A stretch of 56,906 nt of DNA from NCBI RefSeq assembly GCF_001194135.2, contig NC_068990.1:31304277-31361182 (forward strand), read 5' to 3'. Source of the DNA: Octopus bimaculoides. Taxonomy: Eukaryota. Below, one piece after another: positions 11,780-25,270 of this stretch. Position numbers and translations under genes: made by a program. Position 1 is the first letter of the stretch; each line of letters starts with the position of its first letter. A model generated the notes under the pieces. It did not search any database. It saw nothing but the letters and a program-made list of their open reading frames with translations, and had not been told where the DNA came from.

Positions 11780-12012
11780 TGTGTGTGTGTCTGTCTGTCT
11801 TTCTGTCTTTGTCCCACCACAATCGCTTGACAACTGATGTTGGTGTGTTTACATCCCTGTAACTTAGTGGTTTGGCAAAAGAGACTGATAGATTAAGTAC
11901 TAGGCTTACAAAGAATAAGTCCTGGGGTCAATTTTTTCAACTAAAAGACCCTTTAAGGCGATGCTCCAGCATGGCCGCAGTCAAATGACTGAAACAAGTA
12001 AAAGAATAAAGA
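11780..12012 (+). mobile_element. SINE family A, 3-prime half
   Basis: CGCTTGACAAC...GGCTTACAAAGAATAAGTCCTGGGGTC...CAAATGACTGAAACAAGTAAAAGA is the reverse complement of 15598-15780. Confidence 0.88.
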
Positions 12013-15000
12013 ATAGATACACACACACACACACACGTAAACACATTACTGAGAAATATTTGTAGATTTTCTTTTTTTTTTTTCAAATTTCTTTTCTTTC
12101 ACTAAGCAGCAAGTTTCAAGAGGTGTTGGTGGTTTGGTTGATGCTTAAATGAAATCTGATAACATTTATGAGAATGTTATGTATTTCATCTGGAAATGAG
12201 TCATTATCTCTATCATTCTCTTATTGACTTAAGTCCTATTCTGCTTGCATTTAGACCAATTATTTATAAACAAATACTCACAATGTTTAGAACCTTACCA
12301 ACTTCCATACACAATTTATATTTGAAAAAATATTGTTGTTTTTCTCTTCTTTTTTATATTATCTGTTTTTTTTTTCTTTCATTTACAGCTTTTATGAGAA
12401 ATATCTTTCATTTAATATGCAATGACATGTATTCTAAATTGGTCTGCGTTCATTAAATTTTCTATTTATTTTTTTTATAATTATTACTTGCAATCACAGT
12501 GATGAATCCAGGATCTTTTCTATCTTTTTACAAGAGCATTTCTATCTTACATTTTATTGAGAGAATTTGTGACATCTTGATTTTATTTCTTTTGGGTTGG
12601 ACAGTGTGGTGGTTACCAATGTCTCTTTGTCATTGACATTTTGGTTGCCCATCCTTTATTTTGTAGATAATATGGATGACATATGGTGTGGCATCTAAGA
12701 GTTCTTAGACTTCTATAACTGGTATTAGTGTGTGTCATGTAAACAACTTCAATGGATTAATTTTAGGAAGATTAGACTTCTGAAGTAAATGTATTTGCTT
12801 ATCTGCTTGTGTTGTATTTTTTTTTTTTTCTTAATATTTTTTATTTCAGCCTCCATCTCATTAATGCACCTAGAGTTTGGTGATGGGCATTAAAGAAGTC
12901 CCAGTATTTATTTGTGGGCAAGAAAAATATATTTGCAGGATAATCATCTCAATGTGGAATTTTAAGATAAGATGAGGCAATGGAACTCTTTTCTGCAGCA
13001 CTGGCAGACTTTTGTGTAGTGGTTTGATTGTCTGTGTTCCGTAACTGCATTTTTGAATAGGATTTAAAACTTTTGTTTTATGTGTATAAAAATAGGAGCT
13101 GTAAATGGTAAATCCTTGCTAATGTTGTGAAAATTGAAGTGAGATCAGAATGAATGGAACATTTTTTTTTTTTTTTGAAAAAAAAAAAATGGTTAACATA
13201 ACTGTCAAAATAAGAAATAATTTTTATACATCTCACATAATCAACTTTGTATATATTTATTCATGTTACTCTTTATTAAATTATTATTTTAACCAACAAT
13301 TTCTAGATACATAAAATTTGATATGTCATATGTCAGCTTCTTGCTTCTGAATGTATAAATGACGGTAAATTAACTAAAAGTTGACTGCTTCCCCTTCCAA
13401 AACCAGTTTTTAGTCTGCAATTTATGGTCAGATAGATTTGTCTTTACCATTCCAACTAACTGAATTGCATGGCAAATTAATCACAGACATTTTATTAGTT
13501 ATTATGGACTTTTGTGCTAATTTGTATTTTGGTGACTACTTGAATATTTACTGGTGTTCTTGTTTTTCAATTGCAAAGTTTACTTTTTTCTAGATTTATA
13601 AAGGAATTTTGGTAGTAAAGAACAACAAATTTTTAATATTTCTAGCATGTAGCATACAGTGATTTACATCATAAGACAGAAGTCTTTTAAAAAATTTTCT
13701 TGTGATATTATATTGTATCTACTGAAATTATTAAATTTACAGCTCAAATAATTTCTAACCTGTTAAAATGTACATGCTTGTTTTTCAGTGTGACAAAACA
13801 TATTTGTTTTTATTTCACTTGCTTATTTAGGTTAACTTAAAAACATGAGCTATTACTGTATGTTTCTTGCATTTCAATACTAAGCTGATACAGAACTTAT
13901 GCTGATCTTGCAAATATTTATTTATATAAATATCTAGCAATAACAGTATGAAAGACACTTTAGCCATTCAAAAGCACAAAAACTGTTTGCTTCACTTAAT
14001 CATTTATTATTTTGTGTCAAATTTGTTGTTGCACTAACAACAATCTGGTCACTGGCACGATTCCACAGCAACTGGGCCAATACATACATACATACATACA
14101 TACATACATACATGCATGCATGCTTGAGGATTATAAGCGTAACTTTACAGGTCATTCATGTAGTCATTGCCCAGTGTTCATTTGGAATTTAAATTCCAAA
14201 TATAAAAGATATGATGATGATTTTCAACCTAAAGCCAAATTAACTGACCCACTACTGCTGTTGTTGTTTTTTATTTTTTATTTTTTTACTTTAAATAAGA
14301 ATGATTAGACAATTAGCTGTGTTCTTCACAACTTCTTTCTCAACTGGGGTCCAGTAGAACAAACCATTACAATTCCTTGTTAGAATATCTGTAAATGGAT
14401 TAGGGACAGGCTCACCTGTAATGGCTTGGAGTCATAAAACATATAATAAAGTCAGACAAAATATTGACATTTTGAATGTATTTAATACATGTGTTTCAGA
14501 TAATTAAAGAGAAAAGAATTCATCTCCTACATAAATCCTTCTTTAGTTAAGACTTATTTGATTTGTATTAAATGAAGGAGGTGTTTAGGCAAGATATGAA
14601 TCTTTTTCTCTTTTGCGTAATTATCAGAAACATGTGTATTAAATGTATTAAAAATATTACTATTTGGTTTTACTTTATTATTATATGTTGTATGTATATG
14701 TGTGTACATGTGTGTATATCATCATGATGTAATGTCTTTTCCATACACATGTACACACATGCGGATGGGTGTGTACATGTGTATGCTTTTGTGTATTCCC
14801 TTTGTGTTTGTTGGTTTGTAAACAGCAGCTTCTTGCTAGTGTCATTGGCTTGCAATCCACCATAAAAGTATATCCAGGTTTCCTGACATATCTTGTCATG
14901 TTGCCATATCTTTTTAAATATAATGTTTTCTAAATGATGTTCTTTGTTCTCAGCTACCTGTATAAAGTATGCCTCGCTGCTGTTACTTGTTTAATAGATG

Positions 15001-15029
15001 GGGAGATTATTACCTCACATAGAAACAAG

Positions 15030-15340
15030 AGTTCTGAGTTATAAGAAGGGCATCTGTTTATAGAAAAAAACTTTGCCTCTTTGTACTTTCATCTGATCCA
15101 TGCAACCATAGAAAAATAGCCATTAAAATGACAACAACAACGATGATGATGATGATGATGATGACGACGATGCTGATCATGGAATTTACTATAGTTGTAG
15201 ATATCATCATCATCATTATCACTTAATATCTGTTTTCCATCCTGACATGGACCGGATGGTTTGGTAGGATCTGGTTAGCCACAGAGCTGCATTGAGCTCC
15301 AGCGTTAGCTTTAGCATGGTTTCTATGGCTTGAACAGGTA
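15030..15340. mobile_element. Two degenerate RTE-type tails arranged tail to tail
   Basis: + copy (AAGGGCATCTG...CATTAAAATGA, (GAT)n) then - copy ((ATC)n...TTTTCCATCCTGACATGG). Confidence 0.55.
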
Positions 15341-15597
15341 AAAAATTGGTTTAACTGCTCATTGAACACATCCACAGTTTGTGGATCTCTTAAGCCTTTC
15401 TGCAAGAAGTTTAAAAGTAGTTGACTTTTGAATCCTTAATTGTTACAATATTTTATTCTTACTCTGGGCAGAGACAGTGGGATCTTTGGTACAATGCAGT
15501 AGTGGCCAGTAATTGGTATAACTTTCAAACTGGATGATAGACTTTCCAGGATCTTCCATATATATACATATGATGATTGAGAATTAAAAGCATCCCC

Positions 15598-15781
15598 TTT
15601 TACTTGTTTCAGTCATTTGACTGTGGCCATGCTGGAGCACCGCCTTTAGTTGAGCAAATTGGCCCCAGGACTTATTCTTTGTAAGCCTAGTGCTTATTCT
15701 ATCGGTCACTTTTGCCGAACCGCCAAGTTGCGGGGATGTAAACACACCAGCATCAGTTGTCAAGCAATGGTGGGGGGACAA

Positions 15782-15812
<31 letters not shown>

Positions 15813-15986
15813 CATATATACGACGAGCTTCTTTCAGTTTCCATCTACCAAATCCACTCAAAAGGCTTTGGTCGGCCCGAGGCTATAGTAGAAGTCACTT
15901 GCCCAAGGTGCCACACAGTGGGACTGAACCTGGAACCATGCAGTTGGTAAGCAAGCTATTTACCACACAGCCACTCCTGCACCTAT
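15598..15986 (-). mobile_element. Full-length SINE family A (tRNA head, CORE-like CCTTGGGCAAG block, internal microsatellite, tail)
   Basis: Minus strand gives box A-like TGTGGTAAATAGC, box B-like GGTTCAGTCC, then CACCTTGGGCAAGTG, (TA/TG)n and the shared tail. Confidence 0.9.
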
Positions 15987-16394
15987 GGTAATTTAAAAGA
16001 AAAAGATGTTGATTGTGGTTATAATGGATATGGATGCAATAGAACTGATGGCAATTCACAACCTCATTTTTTGTTTTTAAGTTTCACTTCACTAATGTCA
16101 CTTATAATAAATACAGAATCATATCAACCCATATCAACTCACAACCCCTATATGAAAAATGCAAAAGGATTCTCTCCCAGATACACTGATAACTAGATCA
16201 AGAAACATGCTTTTGAAAAAGATAAAGTGAGAAAAGACAACAAATATCATCATCGCTTGATGACCACCTTCCATATATGTAATAAACAACTCGTCTAAAT
16301 TCAGCCAACTATCAGAATCATGATTTTTATATATCTCCTGATATAAAGGTTCATTTTAACATGCTTTGAAATGTACTTTCTTTGTATTATATAA

Positions 16395-16624
16395 CCCTTT
16401 TGTTACCATAATTCTGTTGAAATACACTACTTTTGTAGTGTATTTAATTTTAAAATAACAAAGAGTTTAACCAAATAATTTTATTGCTATTATTAAGCTG
16501 GTGCTTGGAATATAAATTAACAGGAACTTTTTATGGTAAGTTTTAATAGAGATCACTTTAAAAACAAGAAGTTTGTATCATAGAACCAAGGGAACTCTCA
16601 TGCACTTTGGTATCATCAGAAGGG
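16395..16624. mobile_element. MITE with piggyBac-type ends
   Basis: ATAA|CCCTTT...AGAAGGG|TTAA; internal sequence matches the reverse complement of 54153-54350. Confidence 0.75.
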
Positions 16625-18566
16625 TTAATTGCTCAGAATACTTTACTGTTATAGTGTTTACTGTTTAACATCACAATTTGATTTAGCTATTTCTAAACAT
16701 TCAAATTTATAGTAATGGAGTTATCTCGTATTTAGTTTTTGCCAAGTAAATAATAGATGTTTTGCATTTGATGGGAACAAGGTTACAGCCATCTTCACAT
16801 GTCATTTAACTTTAATTTTGAGTTTTTTTCTCCTGATAGTAAAAAATGGTTATGGTCATTGCCTCAGTAAATCATTTTAAGTTTTGAAATAATATCAGAA
16901 TTTTAAGCAACTCAAAATCTTTTCTTGTTTTAAAATTACTTTTTTAATTGTTTATTAATTTAATCTTTATTAAAAGCATTCTCGAGGAGTTAGAATACAT
17001 TTCTACTTTAATTTTAATATTTCTTAATATGTTAAATTTATGAAAGCTTTTTCAATAAATTCTACTTTGATTTTGTAATTTAATAAGTAAACTCTGTGAC
17101 TGTAACGTGTTTTCTATTAATTACTGGTTTGCTGAACTCCTCATTATTTCCCATTATTTTATGAAGTAATAAATATTTGAAATAGACTGAAATATAACAT
17201 TTATTTTAAACGTCTCATGATTTTTGTCCAAATTTTCATTTAAAAAAAATCTAATTGTAAAATTTTATAAGATTTAAAATAATTTATTTTGAAATATTAA
17301 CTTTTGGAAAATGGCAATTTGATTCAAATAACTATTTTAATGTTGCAAATATAACCAAAATTGATGTCAAATATTTTAGAAACATTTGGAGTTATCTATT
17401 TACAGGAATTTAAGTTATTTTATCAATAAGCTTTTTGGTCTAATAACCATCTAAACACTCATTCTTTCCATTTTAGTATTAAATATGAGCTGCAAAGATT
17501 ACCATTTTATGAATTAAGAACATAAGTCTATCTTTACAGATAAGACATTTTGGCTTCTGTTGAATTTGTTTTTTTAATTTGTTTTTGTAGAATTATATTC
17601 TTTTGCAATGCTTAAATTCTTACTGTTTTATTTTTATTTTTAACTTCAAATAAAATCTGCTGAATCAAAATGTAAAAATTTAAACAATAAAAAATATTTT
17701 TGTCTTTTACAAAGATGCATAACTATTAATGCATTTGTTTCCGTCTCTTCTTGCTGTTGATTCTCTTATCTATTTTCTCCTGGTTTGATACATCCATTTC
17801 AGTATGAAAGCATTTAGACAAGGAATTCATTTATTTTCTTTTTCGATACAATTATTTGAAAGCAAAGTTTTATTTTACATTTGTCGAAGCATCTTACAAG
17901 TAGTTGAAATAATGGGATTCATCTTTTATCAATTAGTGAAAATGAGTTGCTGTTAGTTTAAATTCCTCTTAGTAATCTTTTGGATTAATACATTCTATTT
18001 GATTCATTAAAAAAGGTTTTCTGCTTATTCTTTGTTTTTTTGTTTTTTTTAATTATAATTATTTTATAATACTGAATTATTTTTACATTGTTTAAGTGCA
18101 TTTAAAGGATAGCAAATATTTATGTAGTTGCACACATAAACAGATACATACAATTGCTGAAATATTTTGAATCATATTTCTCAACAATTTATAAAATACA
18201 TTATTAATTTGGAATATTTTGAGGGATTTGTTTGTTAAGTTACTGGATTGTAAACACTTTGCTTTTATCAAATGAAAATTTCTCATTGGTTCAGTAGGTA
18301 GAATGTTGGAATATTTTTTAAAGAAATGAAAAATATTACATAAAAATCCGATCAGTAATAATTATATTGCAGGAAAGAATTTGTAAACTGAAAGTCATAA
18401 AAAATCTGAAAACTAATTAAAGGTAAATGTAACTATACCTGAAAAACTTATGTTGCAACACCTAGAAAATTTACAAATGTATTTTTAAGAATGAAAGATA
18501 GTGCTATAATTTTAAATAAACTCTCTAAAACAAATGCATTTATATAAAAGAGACTTCAGTTAATAA

Positions 18567-19913
18567 GTCACTATCAGAACTAGAGGAGAAGTTTCAGGTG
18601 TGGAAGCAAGGTCTAGAATTGAAGGGCCTTAGAGTCAACCTAGCTAAAACCAAAATCCTAATAAGTAGGAAGGTAGATAAAACACAAACCCCTTCAGGTA
18701 GATGGCCCTGCTCAGTATGTAGAAAAGGAGTAGGTAGTAACTCTATAAGATGTACCCGGTGCAAGCTATGGACACATAAGAGGTGCAGCAACATCAAAGG
18801 CAGGTTAACTAGCAAGTTAGTTTTTGTTTGTGGCAGATGTTCAGGTGCAATAAAGACTGCAAACAAACAGGAAACAACTTCTATCTCATTCCAGGGTGAA
18901 AAACTAGAGGTANNNNNNNNNNNNNNNNNNNNNNNNNNNNNNNNNNNNNNNNNNNNNNNNNNNNNNNNNNNNNNNNNNNNNNNNNNNNNNNNNNNNNNNN
19001 NNNNNNNNNNNNNNNNNNNNNNNNNNNNNNNNNNNNNNNNNNNNNNNNNNNNNNNNNNNNNNNNNNNNNNNNNNNNNNNNNNNNNNNNNNNNNNNNNNNN
19101 NNNNNNNNNNNNNNNNNNNNNNNNNNNNNNNNNNNNNNNNNNNNNNNNNNNNNNNNNNNNNNNNNNNNNNNNNNNNNNNNNNNNNNNNNNNNNNNNNNNN
19201 NNNNNNNNNNNNNNNNNNNNNNNNNNNNNNNNNNNNNNNNNNNNNNNNNNNNNNNNNNNNNNNNNNNNNNNNNNNNNNNNNNNNNNNNNNNNNNNNNNNN
19301 NNNNNNNNNNNNNNNNNNNNNNNNNNNNNNNNNNNNNNNNNNNNNNNNNNNNNNNNNNNNNNNNNNNNNNNNNNNNNNNNNNNNNNNNNNNNNNNNNNNN
19401 NNNNNNNNNNNNNNNNNNNNNNNNNNNNNNNNNNNNNNNNNNNNNNNNNNNNNNNNNNNNNNNNNNNNNNNNNNNNNNNNNNNNNNNNNNNNNNNNNNNN
19501 NNNNNNNNNNNNNNNNNNNNNNNNNNNNNNNNNNNNNNNNNNNNNNNNNNNNNNNNNNNNNNNNNNNNNNNNNNNNNNNNNNNNNNNNNNNNNNNNNNNN
19601 NNNNNNNNNNNNNNNNNNNNNNNNNNNNNNNNNNNNNNNNNNNNNNNNNNNNNNNNNNNNNNNNNNNNNCTTGTGCGGGTGGCACATAAAAGACACCATT
19701 TCGAGCGTGGCCGTTTTCGTGCAGGTGACACGTAAAAGCACCCACTACACTCTCTGAGTGGTTGGCGTTAGGAAGGGCATCCAGCTGTAGAAACTCTGCC
19801 AAATCAGACTGGAGCCTGGTGTTGCCATCCGGTTTCACCAGTCCTCAGTCAAATCGTCCAACCCATGCTAGCATGGAAAGCGGACGTTAAACGATGATGA
19901 TGATGATGATGAT
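18567..19913 (+). mobile_element. 5-prime truncated RTE-clade LINE with PHD-like finger, interrupted by an N gap
   Basis: Uninterrupted SLSELEEKFQVWKQGLELKGLRVNLAKTK...CSVC...CTRC...HKRC...CGRC...GEKLEV. After the gap comes the 3-prime UTR with CpGs retained and (GAT)n. Confidence 0.93.
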
Positions 19914-20965
19914 TCATTTACAGTGTAGAAAAAGAAATCCTTGTTTTATGTAACTTTTAAAATTATTCCTTTTAGAAAGGATATGTATGCTTCTTTTCTA
20001 TACATAAATAATGTATCCAAGTTCTGGTATAAATTTGTAATTCATATTGTATTCATAATTTTATTTATATTTTATAAATATAGTCAAGCTGTGTTTGTCA
20101 CAGTTACTTTTATAGAGAGAACTGAAAATCTACAATTTAGACTACAAAGATTAGAACTCTGCAATATTTTGCATCTTTATCTTATAATCGGAATATAGTA
20201 CACAATATTTCATTGTTTCTTAAAATGATAAAATTACTACTTAATTTTAGAGTAATGTTTAACAAAAGAACAATAAAAGTTAGTAAAAGTTATCGAAGAG
20301 AAAATGAATGAAGGATAAGTCAATCCATATGAAATGTTGATGTGAAGTGAGATTTTTGTTCCATTTTTATTTCAAAACAGGTGTAAATATTTTAATTACA
20401 TTTAATGTTGGGACAGGGGTTAAATTAGAATTAAAAGAGAGACTAAACAATATGACATTATCGAAACATCTGAAATAAATTATAATTCAAACAAGATGTA
20501 TGAATAACAACTTGGGTATTCTGTGGAATAGTGTTGAAAGGTCACAATGTGAAATTGCTTAAATGCCAAGGATATTCATCAAAAATATAATTTTAGGTAC
20601 TGTACATATTGGTTCCCTTTTATGTGTCTGTATATCATTTTTCAGTCCTAGAATAAGACTGAATAAAAACTATATATTTTTTATGAAATTACTATGAATG
20701 CTAATATAATGATATATATATTTAAGGTGAGCAATGTGTACTCTCCTATATTATATATATGTAAAAATAGTTAAGTATGAAATAAGGCAAGTTTATATTC
20801 CAGTGAGAAGAGGTGATTTAGATGTTTCAGACCAAGTGGGTCCTTCTTAGAAAAAAAAATGGGTTTTTTTTTGATGGTTTGAAAGAAATTGAAATATTTT
20901 AATGTAAGTAATTAGTGGTAGAGGAAAGTGACAAAGCAGTAAATGAGAAAGTGTGTATGTGTGTG

Positions 20966-21007
<42 letters not shown>

Positions 21008-21810
21008 ATAATTTCTAATTTTACTTGACTTGCTATTATGCCTTATTCCTATTTGCTGCCTTTCAGTGGTTGTATTATTTTGCATCGTTATAGTAATTCA
21101 AAACGATTGTCTATTTTAGAGTTCTGCTTGTTTGGCATGTAAGTTAATCTGAGATTGTATCTTGAAACAATGACATTGTGGAAGTATCATGATGGTCATG
21201 TAAAACTAACAACACATATATGTCATTACATTCACTTTTGTTTTATTTATTGATAGTATTGTACACCATAAAGTGTCAAAAGATTTTGTCACACGGCTAC
21301 ATCTTAATCGTTGATACAGTTTCTCAGCATCTACTTGACACCAACTTTTTGGCCAGTTTCTATAACTCTTGAAGGATGTTTGTTTATTGTTCATTTATGT
21401 ATTTATTTATTTATTTCAATATTTTTCAATGTCTTAATTACATTTCTGTTTAAGTACTTCATGTCTTTTACATATCAGTTTGATTCTTTTGTGATGCTTT
21501 GGTAAACTCGCTTAGTAAGTTACAAATTGGTAGTTGAGTCTTCTTGGAATTCTTTAACTTTGTTCCATTGTCCATCTTCATTGGGTGTGGGTATTTATGT
21601 TTATGAATTTGAGCGCCCCCCCCCCCATGTTTAACTAGTAGGATTTATTGTTGCTTTTGGATTTATATTAGATTTATTTTGGGATAGAAGGAGAGGCAAA
21701 AAGATAGATGGCTTGTTTGCTATGCATGTACGAAATGTCTAAATGTATGTTTATATCTGCCTACAATGTATGGCTTATATTAAATTGCATTAAGGTAATT
21801 TATTTATTTA

Positions 21811-21956
21811 TAGGCGCAGGCATGGTTGTGTGGTTAAGAAGCTTGCTTTGCACCCACATAGTTTTAGGTTCAGTCCCACTGCGTAACACCTTGGGCAAGT
21901 GTTTTCTACTATAGCCTCAACCAAACCAATGCCTTGTGAGAGAATTTAATAGAGGG

Positions 21957-21991
<35 letters not shown>

Positions 21992-22566
21992 TCTTTTATT
22001 CTACTTGTTTCAGTCATTTGACTGTGGTCATGCTGGAGCACTGTCTTTAGTCAAACAAATCGACCCCAGGACTTATTCTTTGTAAGCCTAGTACTTATTC
22101 TATTGGTCTCTTTTGCTGAACCGCTAAATACACCAATATCGGTTATCAAACAATGGTCAGGGGACAAACGCAAATACACACACACACACATATATATATG
22201 ATGGGCATCTTTCAGTTTCCGTCTACCAAATCCACTCACAAGGCTTTGGTTGGCTAAAGGCTATAGTAGAAGACACTTGCCTAAGGTGCCATGCAGTGGG
22301 ACCAAACCTGGAACCATGTGGTTGGAAAGCAAGCTTCTTACCACACAACCATTCCTGCACCTATATCTATCTATACATATATAAGTGTGTGTTTGTTTCC
22401 CACTACACCTTGACAACCAGTGTTGGTTTGTTTACATCCCTGTAACTTAGCAGCTTGCCATAGGAAGCCAACAGAATAAGCATCAGACTTTAAAAAATAA
22501 GTACTGAAGCTAATTTGCTTGGCTAAACCGCCAAGGCAGTACTCCAGTGACTGAAACAAGTAAAAG
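21811..22566 (+). mobile_element. SINE family A split by a nested insertion (head 21811-21990, tail 22385-22566)
   Basis: The head ends in (TG)n; the family tail resumes in the same orientation after an inverted copy. Confidence 0.8.
21994..22364 (-). mobile_element. Full-length SINE family A, nested and inverted
   Basis: Colinear with 15598-15986 over head, microsatellite and tail. Confidence 0.9.
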
Positions 22567-22669
22567 TTAGTTTGTAGTGTAGCATACAATGTTTGTGGAG
22601 GTGATGATACAGCTTGTTATTTATGGTAAGGAATATATATATTTGCGCACACACACGCGCGCACGCACG

Positions 22670-22702
<33 letters not shown>

Positions 22703-22704
<2 letters not shown>

Positions 22705-22803
22705 TCAGCTTGAGGCTGTAGCAGAAGACACTTGCCCAAGAGACTGAACCCAGAACCATGTGGCTGGGAAGCAAACTTCTTACTACACAACCATGTTTGC
22801 ACC
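22703..22803 (-). mobile_element. SINE family A head fragment
   Basis: GAGGCTGTAGCAGAAGACACTTGCCCAAG...GAACCCAGAACCATGTGG. Confidence 0.8.
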
Positions 22804-23329
22804 TGTGTGGCACCTCTGCGGCTATATATAATAATAATAATAATATACAGCTGACTTAGTGAGGATGGGGCAGCATCTGCATTATGTATTCTCTCATTGG
22901 TTTTTGATATTTTAATATTTTTAATTGATTAGTTTATACAATTTCTAACAATTCCTACAAATTTATAGTTGAAAATTTGCTTACAAGCCTGTGAGATTTT
23001 ATTTCCATGATAATCACGTGTTTGGGCATATTGTTTTTGACCCATTGACGCATTATAAATTATTTCAAATATCGTGCTTTTTGATTAATTAATCAAAATA
23101 TTTAATGCTGCTCTTGTTTTATTATCGATTTAATTTGTATATTAAGGTATCCAAGTTTATCTACCAAGTTTGTTTTACAGCCTGTCTAATCAACTAGTAA
23201 TTAAATGTTCTGTTGCTCTCCAACGATAATTTCATTTAATACAATTTGTTTATTCTAATCGGGTTTTCAATTAAAGAAATAATCTTTAAAATCGTAAAGG
23301 TCCCCTACTTTCAATTGATCTTTTAGCAG

Positions 23330-23560
23330 TCTATATAGCTATTGCTCAAGTATAATCAACAACTGCTGCTTTTCATTCAGGCAGTCATCAAAAGCTTTTA
23401 AATCTTTCAAACTGCAATTCTCTCCCTTTGATCTAACAGTAAAGCCCTTTATTTTAGTGACATGTAGACAGCTTCTTGTTGTCTCAGAATATTAGATCAG
23501 TCTAATATCTTTCTTAAATCGCTCAGATTGTATTGCTACCTTGCTGGCAATTTAGTCGAC
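23330..23560 (-). mobile_element. Decayed non-LTR reverse transcriptase remnant (RTE-like)
   Basis: TDLIF/LRQQE and DLKAFD motifs in the expected order across frameshifts. Confidence 0.5.
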
Positions 23561-25121
23561 ATTGCTGTAGTCATAGAGTCAAACTGTTATCCTCACCCTT
23601 TTCCCTGTGACGTCAGAGCATTTGCTATCTTATCTGACAGAGTTAAGTATGGGATTAGTGGCAAGCTTCTCTCTTGGAAGTGGCTGTCGAGAAGATCATG
23701 GCTTAGTGTCCATCACTGGCCACCATACTGCAGTGTAGAGTGATGGGATTAGAAAGATAAAAAGGCCTAAAATGAAATCTTGACAAGGAGACCTGTTGGT
23801 GTTTCTATCATATAACATTTTGTTGCTGTGGCTATTTGGTGGTTTGCAAAACTTAAAGTGGTCACAGAAGTCAAAAATGATGGAAAGGCTGGATTTATGA
23901 TGGCAAAGTTCAAAGCTGCATAATTTTCCATCAACGGATCAGCAGCCAAAGACTAGCACTTAGATCATTTTTACTTTTTGGTTTTTGCTTGTATCACAAC
24001 TTAAACATAATCATTATATGAGAAGATTGTGGCTTTAAGAGATTTTCGTTTTTGTATTAATGTTTTAGACTTTATGGTGCATCTTGTGGTTTTGTTTTTT
24101 GTTTTCTTACTCAAATATTTTTTTTTTTATATATATTTTACCTAAGAAAAATTATTTAATGTTGTCTATGTTAAGAGAAAAGAGAGACAGAGTGTGTGTG
24201 TGTGTGTGTGTGTGTGCATGCATGCACATGCATGTATGTGCGTGCATTCATGTTCATGAAAGTGTGTGTGAGTTGGCGTGTCTGTCTTCATATACAAGTT
24301 GATATTTTACTTTTATCTGTGTGAAATATAATTTCTTCCCTGTAACTAAACAAAAATGCTGAGATATTTTCCATTTTCTTTTTTTACTTTCTGAATTTCT
24401 TAGGAGGTGTTTTTTTTTTTGTTTTTTTTTTTGTTTTTTCCTCCTAAATATAGTATATAACTATATCTTCCTCTTCCTGAATGCTGTTGACTCAATCTTT
24501 CTGATATCATTATCATCGACATTGTCAACACCATTACTATCATTATCTCTGTTTCATGCATGGATAAGTTAGACTATATACGTCTTCAACTCCTTACTTT
24601 CAGTCCTAATTCTTATCAACAATAACTACTACACTGCAAATTTTTCTTTGTCTACTCTTGTTTTCTCTACCTTTTGTTCACTCAGTTATTTTCATTGATT
24701 TCTACCTCATAAACATAGTTTTCAAGTATTATATCAACACTAATTATTAATGGTCTGTTTACTATTATTGACACACTTTGCATCATTAGAGCATTTCATA
24801 CTTGTTTCTTTCATTTCCATAGTGTTACTGGTATGCTATGCATATCTTCACAAATGCTTCATGTAATCCTTTGTCTGTAAGGAACAAGCCTTACTAGAGA
24901 ATTCTTTCTTTCTACTGAAAAATCCTTATTACTATCTAGTTGTTTTTTGCTTTTTTTATGTAAGCAAAATTAAATATTTTCTCCTGTATCCTACACAATA
25001 AAAAAGAACATAGCTCTCCTGCTCCTTATATTTAGCAATCTTATACTGATTGTCCTTGTGTAGACAGACTTCTAGCAAGCAGAAACAAAAGATTAGTGCT
25101 AATCACCCATTGAAGGATTTG

Positions 25122-25270
25122 TCTGGTTGCAGAAGGCCTTATAATTTATTTCTTTATTGCCCACAGGGGGCTAAACATAGAGGGGACAAACAAGGACAGA
25201 TAGAGAGATTAAGTCGATTACATCGACCTCAGTGCGTAACTGGTACTTATTTAATCGACCCCGAAAGGAT
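25122..25270 (-). mobile_element. 5-prime truncated SINE family B
   Basis: Minus strand ATCCTTTCGGGGTCGATTAAATAAGTACCAG central motif shared with 46560-46620; tail ends GTGGGCAATAAAGAAATA. Confidence 0.75.
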
